NCBI GenBank assembly: GCA_963674705.1
Contig: OY771506.1
Location: 1,504,001-1,568,000 of the forward strand
Source of the DNA: Phycisphaeraceae bacterium
Lineage (GTDB): Bacteria > Planctomycetota > Phycisphaerae > Phycisphaerales > Phycisphaeraceae
Direction: 5' to 3'
DNA length: 64,000 bases
Shown here: piece by piece, positions 60,082 through 64,000 of the stretch
Layout of the letters: each line of letters opens with the position of its first letter
Numbering within the stretch: the stretch's first letter is position 1
The notes under the pieces: generated by a model
Seen by the model: the letters and a program-made list of their open reading frames with translations, nothing else
Told to the model about the DNA's origin: nothing
Database searches by the model: none
Made by a program: the position numbers and the translations under genes

Positions 60082-62370
60082 ATGATGAATCCCGCTCGAT
60101 GGCTGGCCCTGTGCGCGGTCTGCTGCTTATTGTTTGCCTGTTCAACACCAACCGATGCCCGTGAATCGCAGGACGGGCCCGGGGCAAACAGCATCCCGGT
60201 GCATCCGTTATCCGGTCATGACGTTATTCGCAGTTGGGTAGTGTTGGGTCCATTTCCCAACCCTCAACTGGATGAACCCGACAGCCAAGGCGCGATGCAC
60301 GGCGGATTCAATAAGGATTACCTTGCAGAGATCGGTGGCGAAGCGTCGGCTCAGTTGATGAGTGGTTTGCGTGTGAAGTCGAATGCATCGGCGGATGGTT
60401 CCGGGCAGGTTACTGCTCAAATCGTCAACGCCCCCGCTTCCGGGGTTGTCGATCTCGATGCGATGTTCGGCGGGCAGGATTACCTCGTTGCGTATGCGTA
60501 TACGACTGTCGATTCAGATAAGAAACAAACCGTGAACTTCTTCTTCGGCTCGGATGACGGCGCGAAGGTCTGGGTGAACGGCGAGCTGGTGCATCAGATC
60601 TACATGGGCCGGGGATTGACGATCGGGGGCGATACGTTTGAAGCGGAGTTTAAGGAAGGCGTGAACACGATACTCGTGAAGGTCGCTGAGCGTTGGGGGG
60701 CGTGGGGCTTTGCGATGAGTATCGCGGATGAGCAAGGGATGCAGGTTATCCGAGCGGAGCAGGAAGCCAGGCAGTTGCGCGATGCGTTTAAGAACGCGCG
60801 CGTTGAACCGCCCTACTCTTTCATGATGGTGCCGGGCGATTTCCCGCAGCTTTCGTGGGATCAGCCGGAGGCGGTGAAGCAGGCGGTCGGCGGTGCGCTG
60901 CTGAAGGTGCGCTGGTTCGATGCTGAGTTGAACGAGGTGACGAAAGCAAAAGCTCCGGGTCGGTATGCGTTTGTCGCAGAAGCCACCAGCGGGGACGGCC
61001 GACACATCGAACGCGCCGGGACGGTGTATTGCATCGATCCATCATGGGCGATGTGGCGTGAAAGGCCGATGGGTCGGATCTCCGGTATCGCACCGCAATC
61101 TATCGCGCCTGAAACCTGGGAGCAGAACGGCGAAGCGGTGTCTTCATACCTGGGCCGCATGTTGGGCCAGATGATCGCGATGCATGAAGACGGGGCTATC
61201 CTCTTTTCATACCTGCATGACATGGAAGCCTCCGGTAAGGAGCCGACCAAGTCGGATACACCGTTAGCGCGTGAGCAGGATTACCAGATTGCCTTGCAGC
61301 GGAAGCTGCTGGGTGTTGAAGATAAATGGCCCGCAATCGCGCCGCCGCGCAAACTTGAAAAACCTGCACGTGTATTGCGTGAAGGGACACCCGAAGAAGC
61401 CGGTATGAAGCCGGACGTTGCCGAGCAACTTCACGCGGTATGTGAAGAATGGTACGAGCAGAGCGGCGAACCTTTTATCACGCTCGTTGCGCGTCATGGT
61501 GTGATCGTCTATCACGAAGCGGTCGGCGAAGGGCCTATGGGCAAGGTGACGCTGGATACGATGATGCCGCAGGCTTCGATCACCAAGGCGATCACCGGCA
61601 TGGTCTTTGCGCAGTTTGTCGATCAGGGATTGATCGGGATCGATGACGCGGTCGCGGATTATTTGCCGGGCTTCGATGCGAGCGGTGAGAAAGCGATCAC
61701 GATTCGGCAACTCTTCACGCACACGACCGGCCTTGAAGGTCACGGCGAATGGGGCGGCATCCATAACCCGCGCCTCGAAAACGTCATCGCCAGTTGTCCG
61801 GAAGACCTCAAACCCGGCAAGGTTCATATCTATAACGGCATGGGGTACGACCTTGCCGGCAAAGTGATATCGATGGTGGCGGGTAAAGGCATCATCCGCA
61901 TCCTGCGCGAGCAGTTGTTCGATCCGATCGGCGCGAAGAACACGTTTGTTGAAGAAGACCTCGGTTACAGTTGCAACACGACCGCCTACGACCTGGCGAT
62001 GTTCGGGCAGATGATGGCCAATCATGGATCGTACGGCGACCTGCAATTCTTCTCACCGCAGACGTTCGAGAAACTGCTGCCCGTGCCGTTGAATCAGTAC
62101 TATCCGGATATCCAGGTGGAATGGGGCATCGGTTTTACATGGATGCCGCAGGTCGATCCACGTGCGGGCAAGGACGGCATCCCCAACGGCGCGACGCTCT
62201 TAAGCGATCGGGTGATCGGCCACGGCTCGGCGACGTCGTGTGTGTTGCGTATCGATCTGGATAACGACCTGGTGATCACACAGGTGCGCCGGGGCGCCGG
62301 CGAGCATTACGATAAGTATCTCGCCGAGTTGATTCTTGCGGTCGATCAGTCGTTGATAAAGGATGAGTAG
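60082..62370 (+). CDS. Beta-lactamase-fold serine hydrolase lipoprotein with N-terminal PA14-like domain
   Basis: Lipobox LFA-C; WVVLGPF, GSDDGAKVWVNG; ASITK (SxxK), LFTHTTG, Y.G, GHGS. Confidence 0.85.
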   Translation: MMNPARWLALCAVCCLLFACSTPTDARESQDGPGANSIPVHPLSGHDVIRSWVVLGPFPNPQLDEPDSQGAMHGGFNKDYLAEIGGEASAQLMSGLRVKSNASADGSGQVTAQIVNAPASGVVDLDAMFGGQDYLVAYAYTTVDSDKKQTVNFFFGSDDGAKVWVNGELVHQIYMGRGLTIGGDTFEAEFKEGVNTILVKVAERWGAWGFAMSIADEQGMQVIRAEQEARQLRDAFKNARVEPPYSFMMVPGDFPQLSWDQPEAVKQAVGGALLKVRWFDAELNEVTKAKAPGRYAFVAEATSGDGRHIERAGTVYCIDPSWAMWRERPMGRISGIAPQSIAPETWEQNGEAVSSYLGRMLGQMIAMHEDGAILFSYLHDMEASGKEPTKSDTPLAREQDYQIALQRKLLGVEDKWPAIAPPRKLEKPARVLREGTPEEAGMKPDVAEQLHAVCEEWYEQSGEPFITLVARHGVIVYHEAVGEGPMGKVTLDTMMPQASITKAITGMVFAQFVDQGLIGIDDAVADYLPGFDASGEKAITIRQLFTHTTGLEGHGEWGGIHNPRLENVIASCPEDLKPGKVHIYNGMGYDLAGKVISMVAGKGIIRILREQLFDPIGAKNTFVEEDLGYSCNTTAYDLAMFGQMMANHGSYGDLQFFSPQTFEKLLPVPLNQYYPDIQVEWGIGFTWMPQVDPRAGKDGIPNGATLLSDRVIGHGSATSCVLRIDLDNDLVITQVRRGAGEHYDKYLAELILAVDQSLIKDE

Positions 62371-62440
62371 GTAGGTCGTACTTTATATCAGTAGCGGGCG
62401 CCGGTTTTGAACGTGCGGCTTCGTGCTATTCACACATGGT

Positions 62441-63196
62441 TTAAGCTTCAAATGAACTCAACGAGATGATCGGCCGAAGCACCCCGCACATGCCAAGCGC
62501 CGACTCATCGCCGCGCCTGCTCAGTTTAACCTCAGGCTCAACGTTCGATTGATTGGGTAAGTTTTCAATGCGCCTGTGTGTCTTACGCGCCCAGGCCATC
62601 GGCCCGAGTTCCACATTGTTAAGAAGCTCCGGTGCAATCGCCCGCATTGCCCGGCAATGACAATTAAAAAAACGCCGCAGGTCTGCGAAGTAGGCATCAC
62701 GATCGTTATGCCAGAACTTCATAAGCTGCATATAGCCCTCGACCGCTTTGTCGCGCCGTTGTAGCGCACCTTCCAGACCGAGTTGTTTCGGCAGACCGAC
62801 GTACTTCGCGAATAATTCAGGATCGTCATCCACCATTTTGCCGAAGTAGATCCGCGCTTCGCCCGCTTCTGCCAAACCCGCGTTGCCCATCATGCCGAGG
62901 ATGATCAACTCACCATCCGAAATCAGCCTATGCATCACCAATGGTGGGAAGTGTACGTACTGGCCCGGCTCAAGCGAAAGCTTGCGGTAACCATGCTCCA
63001 GATCGTGAAACTCAACAGAGCCTGTACCTTGTAATACGAAGTAACCCTCATCCGTCACGGCATGCACGTGCGGACAGCCTGAATACAGCCCGTCCGGCGC
63101 TGCGTGCTGCGCATAGACCTGTACCTCGGTCAGGCCGATCCCGCCGATCAGCCCGATCGGTTCTTCGGGGTCAACTTTTGGTTGCGCCTCACTCAT
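62441..63196 (-). CDS. Cupin domain protein
   Basis: GCPHVHAVTDEGY..G.G, P..MHRL; ATGA overlap with the upstream gene. Confidence 0.75.
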   Translation of the reverse strand: MSEAQPKVDPEEPIGLIGGIGLTEVQVYAQHAAPDGLYSGCPHVHAVTDEGYFVLQGTGSVEFHDLEHGYRKLSLEPGQYVHFPPLVMHRLISDGELIILGMMGNAGLAEAGEARIYFGKMVDDDPELFAKYVGLPKQLGLEGALQRRDKAVEGYMQLMKFWHNDRDAYFADLRRFFNCHCRAMRAIAPELLNNVELGPMAWARKTHRRIENLPNQSNVEPEVKLSRRGDESALGMCGVLRPIISLSSFEA

Positions 63197-64000
63197 GCAT
63201 CCAGTTCCTCGCGCGTGCATGTTCGGCCGCTCTGGATCGATCGCACCATCATCTCGCACGCAGCCATCGTCTCCAGGTTGTTCCGGACGCTGATGCCCGG
63301 TTCGATGCCTTGCGTGATATACGCATGGAAGTCGCGCAGCATGTCGGACTCGCCATGCGCCTCAACATCGGGCACGTTCACGATCGGCCGGGTGCCGAAC
63401 TGTTCGAGCGGGCGTTCGTTAAATGTTGTGCCGGTTTCGTTGTGGATCAGCGCGCCACGTTCGCCGTGGATCTGCACTTCAAACGTCGCACGCGCGGCAT
63501 CATGAGTGTGGATGTAGTGGCAACGCGCGCCTGTATTGAATGCGATCTGTGCCGAAGTGTTGTTGTCGTACGGGTAAGCCGACCAGTTCGCCGCCCAGCC
63601 GAACGCCGCCATCTCTTTCATCGACCCTATCCAAGACATGAGGTTGTCGAAGTGATGGCAGGACATATCCCAGACCGATGCGAAAGGATACGTCAGCGTG
63701 CGCGGGTTCGGCCGAACGCGGTTCTGTGTGTACATGACCAGGTGCACCTCGCCGGGATGCGCCGGGTTGTCCGGGTCCTTGATCGCCTCTGCGAGCGTGC
63801 GCTCGATCGGGTTATACCGGTAGTTCTGCGCAACACATGCGACCGCATTGTTTTCTTTAACAGTTGCTGCAAGCTGCTGTGCGCTTTGCCAGTCGGGCGC
63901 CATCCCTTTTTCGACCAGCACGGGCAGGCCCGCTTTGATCGCTCTGGTTGCCAACTCCACATGCAGCATGGTCGGCGCACAGATAATCACGCAGTCCACT
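63193..64000 (-). CDS. Gfo/Idh/MocA family oxidoreductase (5' end outside window)
   Basis: D.VIIC.P..LH, VLVEKG, QNYRY, DMSCHHFD, IHGERG. Confidence 0.85.
   Translation of the reverse strand, partial: VDCVIICAPTMLHVELATRAIKAGLPVLVEKGMAPDWQSAQQLAATVKENNAVACVAQNYRYNPIERTLAEAIKDPDNPAHPGEVHLVMYTQNRVRPNPRTLTYPFASVWDMSCHHFDNLMSWIGSMKEMAAFGWAANWSAYPYDNNTSAQIAFNTGARCHYIHTHDAARATFEVQIHGERGALIHNETGTTFNERPLEQFGTRPIVNVPDVEAHGESDMLRDFHAYITQGIEPGISVRNNLETMAACEMMVRSIQSGRTCTREELDA

Overview
GC-rich bacterial DNA, most likely a Planctomycetota (class Phycisphaerae) chromosome. This is inferred from the DUF1559-type prepilin genes, five PEP-CTERM proteins (two with a GDxNxDGFVGLDDLD dockerin-like doublet) and planctomycete-type hypothetical genes. 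Contents in order: (i) an SPFH/HflK-like membrane gene, ABC-2 permease and P1B ATPase; (ii) a candidate sigma-54-driven, ~520-nt structured ncRNA (5120->4598); (iii) two carbohydrate-utilisation modules, one GntR/LacI-type (sialidase-like, SSS, aldolase) and one ROK-type (SSS, AlkP-TPR, GH94), each with a DUF1559 pilin-like gene and PEP-CTERM surface proteins; (iv) a fused HybA-HybB-like quinol oxidoreductase followed by a ~25-heme cytochrome c with a TPR tail; (v) a decayed island next to tRNA-Asn with a tape-measure fragment, a GIY-YIG pseudogene and clustered 24-nt repeats; (vi) housekeeping and accessory genes (HD-GYP, GH43, GGQ release-factor-like, CPBP protease, thpR, agmatine deiminase, thuA, NfeD, serine hydrolase) plus a candidate ~140-nt GGA-rich sRNA. 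I found no CRISPR array, rRNA, intact transposase or integrase. All calls come from motif reading by eye; no database searches were run.
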